Source: an uncultured Spirochaetota bacterium | Lineage (GTDB): Bacteria; Spirochaetota; Brevinematia; Brevinematales; JAOACQ01 | Direction of reading: 5' to 3' | NCBI GenBank assembly: GCA_963835575.1 | Contig: CAWIGG010000003.1 | Coordinates: 1-64,000 of the forward strand | DNA: 64,000 nt | Part shown: positions 7,802 through 19,111 of the stretch, one piece after another | How the letters are laid out: the number at the start of each line of letters is the position of its first letter | Position numbering within the stretch: position 1 is the first letter of the stretch | Made by a program: the position numbers and the translations under genes | The notes under the pieces: generated by a model | Seen by the model: only the letters and a program-made list of their open reading frames with translations | Databases searched by the model: none | Told to the model about the DNA's origin: nothing

Positions 7802-10800
7802 ATGAAAAAAAAATGTTATACAATCGGCTTCCTTTTCGGGGATTTTTACGGAGCTTATACGGCGAATTTGTTTTTCAATATCGTTAAAGCCTGCAGGGAG
7901 TCCGGCCAGAACATCATAGGATTCGGAGGCGGCTTTTTAAAAAGTCCCGGCGGAAGCGTCCTGGGAGAGAACTGTAATTATATTTTCGATCTGGCGAATA
8001 AAGGAAATATCGACGGGATCATACTGGAAGGGTCCATCGGCAATTTTATTTCTAAAAATGAGATGAAAGACTTCCTGAAAAAATATTCCGGCATTCCAAT
8101 AATCAATATCGGGACTAATATCGAAGGCGTATACAACATACTTATCGATAATAAAAAAAGGAATGGAAGATCTAGTCACGCACCTGGTTGAGTATCACAA
8201 TTATAAAAAAATCGCTTTTATCGCCGGGACGGAAGGCAATTTCGACGCGGCGCAGCGGTTTGAAGCATATGAAAATGTCCTCCGGCGGCATAATATCGCC
8301 CTGGATAAGAATTTAATAGCTAACGGAAATTTCAGCTACCGTGAAGGCATAATGGCTTTTGAGACCCTGGAAAAAAGAAAAGTGGAATATGACGCCGTTG
8401 TCTGCGCGAATGATTATATGGCTATCAGCGCCATGCTGGAAATGCAGAAGCGAGGCTTAAAAATTCCCGATGACGCGGCTGTTACCGGATTTGACGATAC
8501 GGAGGAATGCTGGACGGTAAAACCGGCGCTGACAACCGTCAAACAGCCGTTTTATGAAATCGGCCAGGAAAGCGTAAAATTGCTTGTTTCGATACTGGAC
8601 GAGGAAAAGGCGCCCAAAAGCATCACACTGCCGACCCAATTGATCATCAGGGAATCATGCGGCTGCAAAGCCATGGATAAATTGAACCATATCATGGGTG
8701 ATAGATTCAGAAAGAATGAATCGGATAAGAAACACTATATCATCAATGATAATAAAGAATTTATAGAAAAGGCGGCGGCAAATATCGATAATGAGCTTCA
8801 GCTCCTTAAAAATAAATATAACTTGAAAAAATGGATAAAAGATCTGATCGATTCCTATTGCGCCGTTAAAGCCGGGGAAAATAAAAACCAGTTATTTGAT
8901 AAATTTCCTGGGATTTTTCACAAACTGATGGACGGCAGCGAAGAAATAATAACCATCTATAAATTTATTTCTATTTTTTACCATAATCTCTTAAACCGGT
9001 TTGTCAGGCCAGATGAAAAGGAAGAAGTATCACATTTACTGAATGAGACTCTTGCTTTATTCGTTTTGATGGTAAAGGAAGACGAATAAGAAAAAAAGGC
9101 GAAATTGAAGCTGGAATCCCATGTCGTTGTCGAGTTTAACGAGAATTTTATATACACTTTCGATATTGAAAAGCTCAAGGACGTGGTTTTAAACAATCTT
9201 CCGCTCTTTCAATTCAAAAACTTTTTCGCATGTCTATTTGAGGACCAGACCCGGGAAAAATCAAGGATCCTCATGGCCTATGATAAAAATAATATCGAGA
9301 AAATCAGTTATGAGGCTTTCCCGTCAAAATATTTACTGCCGTCTAAAATAAATAAAGACAAACCTTTTGAATATATTGTCATGGCGCTGAATTATATAGA
9401 CGAATATTTCGGCTACGCGATATATGATATCCAGACATTAACGACTTTTATCTATGAATCCCTTTCCGTTCAGATCAGCGGCGCGATTAAAGGTGCGCGG
9501 CTGACAAACGAACCGAATAAATATATGACCCAGCTGGAAAACAAAGTTAAAGAAAGAACGACAGAACTGGAAAGGGCCAACACCAAATTAAAGGAACTCG
9601 ACGCTTTAAAAAACGATTTCATCGCGAATATAACTCATGATTTCAGATCGCCGCTGACAGTCATCCTGAACGCCGCCGATCTGGCCATCCGTTTTGACAC
9701 CGATATAAATAAAGAAGTTAAAGACCAATTCAATATGATCTATAAATCTTCCCTGCGGCTTAAAAACACCATAGACAAGCTTCTGGAACTCGCGAAAATA
9801 GACGCCAAAGGCATTAAACTGAGAATTGAAAGAGTGGACATTGTGTCCTGTCTTTTATCAATAGTTGATTATTATAGATCATCTGTTATATCGAGCGGTA
9901 TTAAAATCGAGAAACTTTTTCCTGATCATAAAATAGAATATTTTTATACGGATATGGAGAAACTTGAGGAGATTCTCGATAACGTTCTATCAAACGCGAT
10001 CAAATTCATCGATCCGAATACCGGGGTGATTAAAGTCGAGCTGGCGGAACTGGAAAAAGACATAATGATCGCTGTTTCGGACAACGGGATCGGAATACAC
10101 GGTGATAAATTAAAAGTCGTTTTCAACAGGTTTGAGCAGCTCCAAGAGGGAAGAAACAGCCAGTACCGGGGCACAGGCATAGGCCTGGCTTTCTCGAAAC
10201 AGCTGACTGATTATTTGAAAGGGAAAATATGGGCGGAATCGGAGGGGGGAAGGAAAAGGATCGAAATTCACCCTCCTTCTGAAAAAAGGGAGAGAACATT
10301 TTAACGAACATGATATAAGCGGAGAAAAAGAAGAAAGATATAAAAACGCTTATTGAAGCCGAACTGGAAGAAAAACTGCATAACGATAATATGCAGACAT
10401 TGTTTGAGGATTTAAATAAGGAAAATGAATCGGATTATAGAAAAGGCGTCATCCTGATCATAGATGATGATAAGAATATCTGCGGGATTATTTATAAATA
10501 CCTTTATGAAAACGGCTTCAAAAATTTTATTTTGGCGCCGGACGGGATGCAGGGCCTCGAAGCCGTGTATGAGTACTCGCCGGACATCATCATCTGTGAT
10601 TTCAATATGCCGAATATGAAAGGGGACGACCTTCATAACAGGCTGGCCGGCAATCCGGAATACAGGGAAATTCCATTTTTATTTCTGTCCGCCGTCGCGG
10701 ATGACAGGCTGATGTACGAAAGAAGGGAGCTGGGGGCCGCCGCCTATCTGAAGAAACCGATTGAGGAAAAATTGCTGGTCATAACGGTTGACGAACAGCT

Positions 10801-11515
10801 GAAGAAATATTATGAATTAAAAACAATAAAGCGGCTGGCCACAATGGACGAACTGACCGGGCTGAACAACCGGAGATCAATCCTGGAGAACTTAAAGCGG
10901 GAACTATCCATAAGAAAATACCGCGATCTGTCGGTCCTTTTTATTGATATTGACAATTTCAAGGAAATAAATGAGGGTTACGGCCATCAGGCGGGGGACC
11001 TGGCTATTTTGATGACCGGCAAAACAATAAAAACGGCAATCAGGAAATACGATACGGCAGGGAGATACGGAGGCGACGAATTTATGGTCATTCTTCCCGG
11101 TGCCGGCTTGGACAACGCGGTATCTGCGGCGGAAGTTCTGAGAAAGGCAATTATGGACAAAAAATTAAAATATCAGAATAAAGAAGTGTCGGTTACCTCA
11201 AGCTTCGGAGCGGCATCGTTAAGGGATAACGCGGAATATATAGAAAAAACCCTCGGTATTGAAAATTTGAAGGAACTCTATGCGGTCCGGAACAGGGAAG
11301 AAGCAGACTGGAATAAAATCGAAAAACAGAAAGAGCGTGTCTCCGAACTCATTTTAAAAATGGCCGTTGAAGCGCTCTGTCAGGCAAATAAAACCGGCTT
11401 CAATAAATGCGGGTTTAATTCCGGAAAGAGAAAAACCTTTCCCGGCGATAAATGCCCGGAATGCGGAAGCGGTGATTTAACAGCAGGGCGCAACAGGATT
11501 GTAAAATTCGGATAG
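7802..11515 (+). pseudogene. Disrupted hybrid sensor: LacI-type ligand-binding domain, HisKA/HATPase, REC, GGDEF (split in 4 ORFs)
   Basis: VCANDYMA/VTGFDD, ITHDFRSPL, GTGIGL, DFNMP, RKYD...GGDEF; frameshifts near 8155, 10245 and 10320, in-frame TAA at 9087. Confidence 0.8.
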
Positions 11516-11749
11516 AACATTCCTGGTTTGAATACGGCCGCCTCCATTCTAAAATTCATAATCCAATCAAAATTCAGCTTTTTTTGATTAAAGGCTTACA
11601 GTTAATAAAAAGGCAAATTATTTATTTGCCTGTTATGGAAAAATGTTCGCAAATGAAAATAATAAGCCGCCGGCATAGACAAAAAATTGAATAATGACCT
11701 GTGAACTTTTATAATATAAACAGTAAAAAGTTAATATTAAGAGGATATT

Positions 11750-12673
11750 TTGAAACATATCGATATTTTAATTCATGTCATATGCCTGTTATCCGGCATT
11801 ATAACCGCGCTATTGGGCTTTCTGCTCTATTTGAAATATAAAATAAAAGCCATCTGGAATTATGCTTTGTTTATTTTAACCACAACATTTACAGTGGCCG
11901 CCACGACTTTTTACAGTTATGTATCTTATTATGTGAATTTAAGCCAGAATTCACTTGTTCAAGCCGCGGGGACCCTGATATTCGGTATATTATTAGCGCT
12001 GATTAATTACGCTTTTACATTATTCGCCCTGGGAATCATGAACAAACCGCTTGGTATTTTCAATAAAGTTACCATCGGTATTCCATGGCTTATTACTATT
12101 ATATCGTTTTTTACGCTGTTATATCATTATATCGGGAAAAAAGGCGTCCAGATGCCGCCGGTCCTTAATATTTGTACCGGGTTGATATTGATCATTCTAT
12201 TCTTTTCCTTTGTTATCTACAGTATTCAAATCGCCTTTAATTTAAAATATATAGATAACCTGGACCTCAAAAGGGCATTAAAAGTCCTTGCGTTATTAAT
12301 CATCATTGTTATACCGCTCCAGATGCTCATCATTATTTTCTTAAAACAGACTGTGATCATATTTCTTACGCGCAACCTCTTCTATTTCGCGATCAATATT
12401 ACCAGTATTATTTTTGCCGCCAAATATTTTTTCATAGAAACACCCTCTATTACCGGCCCGATAGAAATCAGCGGTCATTTTATCAATAAATTCGCCATTA
12501 CCGGCCGCGAAAAAGAAGTGATAGAGCTTCTCCTCTCCGGGCTTTTCATCAAGGAAATCAGCGCAAAGCTTGGCCGTTCCTTCAAGACTGTCAATAACCA
12601 CATCTATAATATATACAGGAAGACCAGCGTCAGCAGCAAGCTGGAACTCCTGAATTTAATCAAAGAAAAGTAA
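11750..12673 (+). CDS. Membrane-embedded LuxR-family transcriptional regulator
   Basis: Multiple TM helices then ITGREKEVIELL...KTVNNHIYNIYRK HTH. Confidence 0.9.
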   Translation: MKHIDILIHVICLLSGIITALLGFLLYLKYKIKAIWNYALFILTTTFTVAATTFYSYVSYYVNLSQNSLVQAAGTLIFGILLALINYAFTLFALGIMNKPLGIFNKVTIGIPWLITIISFFTLLYHYIGKKGVQMPPVLNICTGLILIILFFSFVIYSIQIAFNLKYIDNLDLKRALKVLALLIIIVIPLQMLIIIFLKQTVIIFLTRNLFYFAINITSIIFAAKYFFIETPSITGPIEISGHFINKFAITGREKEVIELLLSGLFIKEISAKLGRSFKTVNNHIYNIYRKTSVSSKLELLNLIKEK

Positions 12674-14189
12674 CTATCCAGCCGCATATTTAATAGCGGA
12701 GCCGTTCAACGCGTCAATAAGGGCTTGATAAACACTGACGCCCATCTTTTTTACTGTAGATATATAACCCCTGATTCTGCAAAAGGCAGCCGCTCCATTC
12801 CAGCTTCTGAATGTACCTGATATTTTCTGCTGGACTTTTATCATTCTGATATCCCGTTCCGCCAAATTGTTGCTGAATGGAACATCTTTTTCCCGCATAA
12901 ATAAAAGGACAGATTCTTTATATTTTCTTAATCGGTCTAATAGGCATAAAACCTTGCCCCGCTTTTTTCTGCCGCGTTTAACAAGTCCTTCCGGCTTTTC
13001 AGGCGTTGGATTTACAGCAAATCCTTTCGCGATGATCCGGTCATATTCCGTATCATATTCTATAATCCTTTCCGCCGGTATTGGAAAACTTGCCTCTTTA
13101 TCATTCTTAATCCTTATAAGAAGATTACCCATCTCCTTAGCCCATTCCTGACCCATTTCCTCATGTATCCAGATTAGCTCTCTCAAATGGTGTACATTAC
13201 ACAATCCATGACGGCATAAGAATTCCAGATAACTTTTCCATCCATCGTGGATAATAATACCGGTAAATCTTGTGAGAATGTCCATCGCACGCATCGCCTC
13301 TGTGCCGCGTTTGTCATGAGAAAAATAATAGGTAAAACGTTCATTCGAGGCAACATGGAGCCATTTTAATAACCCTTTTATCCGAATACCGGTTTCATCA
13401 CAGTGAAGAACCACTTCTTTTAGTATCAGTTCTATGACTTTCTGTTCATACTCTTCTAATTTATTGTAGGTCTCCCGGATAAATCCTTCAATCGTTGCCT
13501 TGCTGAGCGGCACTCCCAATAAACATTCGGCGTATTCCGAAAGCCTTTCATAGGGTATCAACCCATATGTTTTCATATAGACCAGATGCGCTTTAATGTT
13601 TTTTCCATACTGTGCCTTATTGGTTATGCCTTCCGGAAACTCCGCCGTTACTCTCGCACCGCAATGCGGACAATCTTTTACTTCCGAGCGATGTTCGGTA
13701 ACTTCCACTTTTATCGGAGGTATATCGAACACCTGCCTTCTTTCCGTCCGCTTAACTGATTCGGAACTTAAATCAATTCCACAACAGGAACATTTTTCAA
13801 CCTGATGTTCTATGATCTTATCAGGGCTTTCTACTTTCTTCAGAGTATTTCCCTTATGTCCAAACTGGCCGCCTTGTTTTTTACCGCTCTTTTTCCGTAA
13901 ATTCTTTACTGTATTTTGGAATGGATTATCGGAAGACGGCGGTTTATTGCTGTTATGGCTGTCCTTATTAAGCTGTTCTTCCAATTTCTTAATCTTTTCC
14001 GCTTGTCTTTGAATGATTAAACCCTGCTCCTTTATCTGGTTTTGTAAATCAGCAATGATGCCTTCAAATCGTTTTAAGCAGGCCGCACAGTCTTTTTCTC
14101 TTCTATCTTCATTCATGCTATAGAATAGCATGGTTTCATGCTCAATGCAAATATTTCATGTGACTATTTTTTAGTGGCTGGATAGTTAC
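12670..14189 (-). mobile_element. IS66-family element, single-ORF (ISBst12-like) type
   Basis: 14-bp IRs GTAACTATCCAGCC/GGCTGGATAGTTAC; 8-bp duplication AAAGAAAA (12662-12669, 14190-14197). Confidence 0.93.
12674..14131 (-). CDS. IS66-family transposase
   Basis: SHNSNKPPSSD, GGQFGHKG, Zn finger, HCDETG, CNVHHLREL, SNNLAERDIR. Confidence 0.95.
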   Translation of the reverse strand: MLFYSMNEDRREKDCAACLKRFEGIIADLQNQIKEQGLIIQRQAEKIKKLEEQLNKDSHNSNKPPSSDNPFQNTVKNLRKKSGKKQGGQFGHKGNTLKKVESPDKIIEHQVEKCSCCGIDLSSESVKRTERRQVFDIPPIKVEVTEHRSEVKDCPHCGARVTAEFPEGITNKAQYGKNIKAHLVYMKTYGLIPYERLSEYAECLLGVPLSKATIEGFIRETYNKLEEYEQKVIELILKEVVLHCDETGIRIKGLLKWLHVASNERFTYYFSHDKRGTEAMRAMDILTRFTGIIIHDGWKSYLEFLCRHGLCNVHHLRELIWIHEEMGQEWAKEMGNLLIRIKNDKEASFPIPAERIIEYDTEYDRIIAKGFAVNPTPEKPEGLVKRGRKKRGKVLCLLDRLRKYKESVLLFMREKDVPFSNNLAERDIRMIKVQQKISGTFRSWNGAAAFCRIRGYISTVKKMGVSVYQALIDALNGSAIKYAAG

Positions 14190-14385
14190 AAAGAAAATAA
14201 GATATAGCATAATATTGCAATAGAAATACAGTACTTTTTTAAATATTTATGCGGCATCATCTTTTATTTTTCAGGCTTTTCCCTTTAATAATAAAACGCC
14301 TGATTTTTTTAATGCGCCTTCCTGCAGATTATTTCTTCCCGATCAAACCCGGCTTTAGCCGCATAAATCCGGCTTTCCGATTCAT

Positions 14386-14398
14386 GGGATAAAATCCC
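14386..14398. promoter_or_regulatory. Palindromic candidate operator upstream of the redox gene run
   Basis: GGGAT-AAA-ATCCC between the luxR-type gene and 14511. Confidence 0.35.
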
Positions 14399-14510
14399 TA
14401 TTGTTTTTCATCTTAAGATGCGGTAAGATAATGCCGGTTTATATCAGAATAGAACAGTGAATTTTAAAAAGGGGATCATGCAAAGGTTTTAATAATAGAA
14501 GGAGGACACA

Positions 14511-15269
14511 ATGCCTGAATTAAAAGAAAATAGAATGAGTGTTGATAAGACCGCGGACGGCGGTTTGAAAAGTCTCTTTATCATCGGCGCGGCTGCTCCA
14601 TTGGCAACAATAGCTTCATACCTGACGGAGTCTTTATTCATGATTTTCGGGGGAGAACCGTACCCGGGTACCGTAGAAGCCTGGTTCTCTCTTTTTAACC
14701 GCCATAAGATCCTAGGACTGTTTTACCTTAACGCCCCGGACATTCTTTCTATATCACTTTTAGGCCTGATGTTTCTCGCGCTGTACAGGGCGCTCAGGCA
14801 TATCAATAAAACCGGGATGACAATCGCGTCGTTCTTCGCGTTCCTGGGTATAGGGGTCTTCGTAACGACGCGCTCAATGATGCTCTCCGTGCTTGCCTTA
14901 AGCGGCCAGTACGCATCCGCCGCTTCGGACGCGCAGAGGGCGCTTATTCTTGCCGCCGGACAGACTCTCGGCGACCTGGGCAATCCGACGCCCCAGACAA
15001 CAGGGTTCTTTTTTATGGCGGCTGCAGTAATCATTATTTCAATTGTAATGTTCCGGAGCAAAGACTTCGGAAAAATAACCGCCTTTGCGGGAATTCTGGC
15101 CGGGAGCTTAACCGTTGCCGATGACTTGGGCCTGGTCCTTATTCCGTCCGTCTCCGGCATACTTATGGGTATCGCGGGCGGATTCTGGCTTTTGTGGTGG
15201 ATTATGGTAAGTATAGGGTTATTCCGGCTGGGCCGTATTGAAAAAAATGAAATTTCTCCAGCAAGGTGA
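14511..15269 (+). CDS. DUF4386-like multi-pass membrane protein
   Basis: ~6-7 TM; LSGQYASAASDAQRA loop pattern; RBS AGGAGG. Confidence 0.7.
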   Translation: MPELKENRMSVDKTADGGLKSLFIIGAAAPLATIASYLTESLFMIFGGEPYPGTVEAWFSLFNRHKILGLFYLNAPDILSISLLGLMFLALYRALRHINKTGMTIASFFAFLGIGVFVTTRSMMLSVLALSGQYASAASDAQRALILAAGQTLGDLGNPTPQTTGFFFMAAAVIIISIVMFRSKDFGKITAFAGILAGSLTVADDLGLVLIPSVSGILMGIAGGFWLLWWIMVSIGLFRLGRIEKNEISPAR

Positions 15270-15292
15270 AAAATATCAGAAGGAGAGTAAAT

Positions 15293-15781
15293 ATGAAAGG
15301 TCTTATTTTGTACAGAAGTTATTATGGTAATACGAAGAAGGTCGCGGAAGCCATAGCCGGGCAGATAAGGACATCAGGCCACGAACCAATTGTTCAGGAC
15401 CTGCGCATAAAATTGCCCGATCTGAACGGCATTGATTTTATCATCATCGGCGCACCGACAAGGATCGCTGGAGTCACTTCAAAGGCTAAAGGCGTATTGA
15501 AACGGCTGAAGAAAAGATTTGCAGGCAAACCGGTAGCAGTATTCGATTTAATGGGCCCCATTCCGGAGAATTCTGAAGAGGAGGAAAAAATAAATAAATG
15601 GCTGTACCCGGGCGCCGCTGGAATTATGCATAAAATAGCTGAAAAATACGGCTTGAATGTATATGAAAAAACGCTCCGCTGCCGGGTTAAGGGAATGCAG
15701 GGCCCGCTGGCGGAAAATGAGCTGGAAAAAGCAATTTCTTTCACACAAGAGTTCATGTCTTATATCATTAAGAAATATTAA
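15293..15781 (+). CDS. Flavodoxin-family protein
   Basis: YRSYYGNTKKVAEAI; IGAPT. Confidence 0.88.
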   Translation: MKGLILYRSYYGNTKKVAEAIAGQIRTSGHEPIVQDLRIKLPDLNGIDFIIIGAPTRIAGVTSKAKGVLKRLKKRFAGKPVAVFDLMGPIPENSEEEEKINKWLYPGAAGIMHKIAEKYGLNVYEKTLRCRVKGMQGPLAENELEKAISFTQEFMSYIIKKY

Positions 15782-15791
15782 GGAGGATTTT

Positions 15792-16313
15792 ATGGCCTTA
15801 TTCGCTCATATCGGCGTCGGATTCGCGGCCAAGCCCGCGGCGCCGAAAGTACCGCTCTTCATTTTGTTAATAGCGGCGATATTTCTCGATATACTTTGCC
15901 TTTGTGTTTTTCTGCCCCTGGGCATTGAAAACATCTCGCCGGAACATTTTTCCATTTACTGGTCCCATGGCCTGTTCATGTCTATAGTCTGGTCCGCGGC
16001 GGCAGGCATCCTGGGCGCGGTCATTTTCCATAAAAAACGGGCCGGCATTGTCATCGGACTTGTCGTTTTCAGTCACTGGGTTCTGGACTTTATCAGCCAT
16101 CCGATGCTGAACTTCATCAGCCATCCGATGGTTTTATCAAAACCCGACATTCCGCTTCTCTTCAACGGGTCGCCGAAAGTCGGACTCGGTTTGTACAGTA
16201 CTATAACGGGAGAATTGATTACCGAGTTCGGGGTATTGATCCTGGGGATAATTATCTATGCAATATATAAAATAAAAAACAGAGATAAAAAGACTGAAAA
16301 ATATATTTCTTAA
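15792..16313 (+). CDS. Membrane metal-dependent hydrolase-like protein (YdjM-like)
   Basis: AH...LD...WSHGL...SHWVLD motifs; ATG after AGGAGG. Confidence 0.78.
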   Translation: MALFAHIGVGFAAKPAAPKVPLFILLIAAIFLDILCLCVFLPLGIENISPEHFSIYWSHGLFMSIVWSAAAGILGAVIFHKKRAGIVIGLVVFSHWVLDFISHPMLNFISHPMVLSKPDIPLLFNGSPKVGLGLYSTITGELITEFGVLILGIIIYAIYKIKNRDKKTEKYIS

Positions 16314-16331
16314 ATCTATAAGGAGGATCAA

Positions 16332-16553
16332 ATGCCTGAAGACAATATGACACAGGTACAAAATATTAAAGGGAGGAAAAATGTGAACAACAATGGATTT
16401 TTAGGCGGGGTTTATTTTTTAACACTCATCGGCGCCGCGATTTATTTCATCCAGCATTCGACAACTTTCTGGGGCGGTGTGCTCGGTCTTTTGAAGGCCC
16501 TGATATGGCCCCTGCTGGTGACATATAAGATGCTGGAAATGCTGAAAATGTAG
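16332..16553 (+). CDS. Small membrane protein
   Basis: GGVYFLTLIGAAIYFIQHSTTFWGGVLGLLKALIWP; RBS. Confidence 0.7.
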   Translation: MPEDNMTQVQNIKGRKNVNNNGFLGGVYFLTLIGAAIYFIQHSTTFWGGVLGLLKALIWPLLVTYKMLEMLKM

Positions 16554-16626
16554 ACGTTTAAAGAGTAATAACGGATTATTTGCAGAACAATTTTTTGTCT
16601 GAATTTTTAATTCAAGAGGAGAAAAC

Positions 16627-17040
16627 ATGAACATCAGGGTAATTTATCATTCCAGGACGGGCAACACAAAAAAACTTGCGGAAGCGATCGCGGACTCGGT
16701 AAACTGCACAGCCGAACCAGCCGAATCAAATTCCATAAGCGGGCAGATAGATCTGCTTTTTATCGGCGGCGCTATTTACGGCGGACAAATCCAAAAGTCC
16801 ATAAAAAAGTTCATAGATAGTCTTGACCCTGGAAAGATCAAACTGGCGGCGGTATTCAGCACCTATTTTCTGGGTAAAACAAAAGCTGTTTCAATAATAA
16901 GAAAACTTTTGACAGACCGGGGAATTACAGTAGCGGAAAAAAGTATTGTCTGCAGGGGGAAATATTTGTTTTTTTACAGCAGGCACCCTGATGCCGAAGA
17001 ACTGTCGCAAGCCGGAGAGTCGGCAAAAAGGATAAAATAA
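16627..17040 (+). CDS. Flavodoxin-family protein
   Basis: YHSRTGNTKKLAEAI. Confidence 0.88.
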   Translation: MNIRVIYHSRTGNTKKLAEAIADSVNCTAEPAESNSISGQIDLLFIGGAIYGGQIQKSIKKFIDSLDPGKIKLAAVFSTYFLGKTKAVSIIRKLLTDRGITVAEKSIVCRGKYLFFYSRHPDAEELSQAGESAKRIK

Positions 17041-17071
17041 AACCAGCATTTTATTTCCTGAGGAGAACAAT

Positions 17072-17875
17072 ATGAATAAGCCCTTGCTGCTTCCGTTAAT
17101 ACTGGGAATTTTACTGCAGGGTTGCGGTTTGATCGCGATCATTCCCAGCGCAAAAAGGGACACTGTCCCGCAGAACGTCCGTCTGCCGGGCGGCGTTATC
17201 CTGACATCGACAGGAGCGGTGAATATCAATGTTTTTCTTCTTGTCGATCATAAGGATTTTTTCCCTTCCGGCTTCAGGATCGAGGCGCCTGGAAAGACCA
17301 TTTATATTGACCCGATTGCGGTCAATGACCCGAAACCGGCGGATTATATTTTCATCACCCACTCCCACGGCGATCATCTTTCCCTGCCGGATATAAAAAA
17401 GCTGTCAGACAAAAAAACACTGATCATATGCCCGAAAACGGCGGCCGCCCAGATTTCCGGTTTTTCTGTAAAAGAAGTCAAGCCCGGCGATAGACTTATG
17501 TTAAACGGCATTAAATGCGAGGCAGTTGCGTCATATAATATAAAAACCGGAGCTTTAGGGATGGTTGCCCATCCCGCGTCGGATATGAATGTAGGTTATA
17601 TTATTACAATAAACGGGACGAGGATCTATCATGCGGGGGACACGGATTTTATTCCGGAGATGAAGGAGATAAAGGATATTACAATCGCTCTGGTCCCGAT
17701 AGACGGCGGAAGTCTGACCATGAGCACGGAGGAAGCGGCCGGATTTATCAATACGCTGAGGCCAAAGATCGCGGTCCCCATGCACTACCTGATGGGGACA
17801 AATAATACGGAAATATTTAAAAATTTGGTTAATAAGGATATACAGGTTAAAATAATGCAGAAAGAAGGATTGTAA
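17072..17875 (+). CDS. MBL-fold metallo-hydrolase, probable lipoprotein
   Basis: THSHGDH, YHAGDT, VPMHY; lipobox-like LLQGC. Confidence 0.88.
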   Translation: MNKPLLLPLILGILLQGCGLIAIIPSAKRDTVPQNVRLPGGVILTSTGAVNINVFLLVDHKDFFPSGFRIEAPGKTIYIDPIAVNDPKPADYIFITHSHGDHLSLPDIKKLSDKKTLIICPKTAAAQISGFSVKEVKPGDRLMLNGIKCEAVASYNIKTGALGMVAHPASDMNVGYIITINGTRIYHAGDTDFIPEMKEIKDITIALVPIDGGSLTMSTEEAAGFINTLRPKIAVPMHYLMGTNNTEIFKNLVNKDIQVKIMQKEGL

Positions 17876-17876
17876 A

Positions 17877-18413
17877 ATGAATATACTCTTCATCCTTGAT
17901 AAAGACCACCCGTCAAAAATAGCGGATGATTTCAGGGCCAGAATCATGGCCGCGGCCAAGAAAAAAGGGCACAGAATCGAGTTTATTGATTTGAGCAGGA
18001 ACAACATCTTGCCTTGCCTGGGCTGCCTTAAATGCCTGACAGTACACCCAGGCGTCTGCGTAAATAAAGACATCATGGCGGAATTGAAAAAGAAGGCAAG
18101 GGAAAGCGGAATGATAATACTTTTATCTCCTGCCGTCTTCGGCCAATGTTCTTCCGCCATTAAAAATGTCCTGGACAGGGGCCTTACGTCGCGGGTCGGC
18201 GAAGAAAGAAAAACGCCGCCGCAGTTCATTATCGGCTACGGGACCGATATTGACAGGGAAGAAAAGAGCACATTCATCGATATCACGGCTAGGCATACAG
18301 GCAAAGCGGATATTTGCCATCCCGAATTTAAAAATAATCTAATCGAATCCTTTGTGACAAAATCCATTAAAGAGAACAGCGCGGTCTGCGGAAAGATCGC
18401 CGGCTTATTTTAA
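17877..18413 (+). CDS. Iron-sulfur flavoprotein / FMN-reductase-like flavodoxin
   Basis: PCLGCLKC-x6-C; LSPAVFG; KNVLDR. Confidence 0.8.
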   Translation: MNILFILDKDHPSKIADDFRARIMAAAKKKGHRIEFIDLSRNNILPCLGCLKCLTVHPGVCVNKDIMAELKKKARESGMIILLSPAVFGQCSSAIKNVLDRGLTSRVGEERKTPPQFIIGYGTDIDREEKSTFIDITARHTGKADICHPEFKNNLIESFVTKSIKENSAVCGKIAGLF

Positions 18414-18427
18414 ACGGAGTGTAAATT

Positions 18428-19069
18428 ATGAAAAGGATCTGTTTTATCAACGGAAGCCTCAGGGGCAGCGCCGCCACATCGAAGACTTTTTTGAATGATA
18501 TCAGCCGTAAAATAGAGGGCCCGGACTTCGCAAAGGATTTCATTGCCGTCAGGGCAAGGGCCGGCGGAGGATACCCTCAAGACACTTTAAGAAAAATAGC
18601 GCAAGCCGATGCTGTCGTCATAGCGTTCCCCCTTTTCAACTACAGCCTGCCGGGAGCGCTCATGAGACTTCTTGAAGATTATTATGAATTTATAAAAAAG
18701 AGAAGCAGTTATAATAAAAACGCCGGATTTTATGCTGTGGTCAATTCCGGGTTCCCGGTGCCGGAAGTTAATATCGAGGCCGCCCGGGTCATGAAGAATT
18801 TCTGCCGGAGGCTCGGCCTCCACTGGAGGTTCGCTGTCTGCGTCGGCGGCGGGCTGGCCGTCGCCCTGACAAAGAAAGTCCCCTTCCTGGACCTTAAATT
18901 AAAGAAGGCGTTTTCTCTAATCGCCGCTGACATCATCCGCGGCGGCAGGGAAAAAGAAAAAGATATTCTGATCAAGCCCGTTATTCCAAAAGCGATTATG
19001 CTCGCGATAAAAAACATGGTGGAGAAGAAAAGCAGGGACCATTATAAAAAACAGCCTGTTTGTTCCTGA
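18428..19069 (+). CDS. Flavodoxin-fold NAD(P)H-dependent oxidoreductase-like protein
   Basis: FINGSLRG; AFPLFNYSLPG; NSGFP. Confidence 0.8.
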   Translation: MKRICFINGSLRGSAATSKTFLNDISRKIEGPDFAKDFIAVRARAGGGYPQDTLRKIAQADAVVIAFPLFNYSLPGALMRLLEDYYEFIKKRSSYNKNAGFYAVVNSGFPVPEVNIEAARVMKNFCRRLGLHWRFAVCVGGGLAVALTKKVPFLDLKLKKAFSLIAADIIRGGREKEKDILIKPVIPKAIMLAIKNMVEKKSRDHYKKQPVCS

Positions 19070-19111
19070 TTTTGAATGAATTCCGGTCAATAAAAATAAA
19101 GGAGCGTCATC

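Noticed and set aside
17555..18229. 224-aa minus-strand ORF (also 56220-56819 and 1187-1648)
   Set aside because: Overlap well-supported + strand genes; shadow frames.
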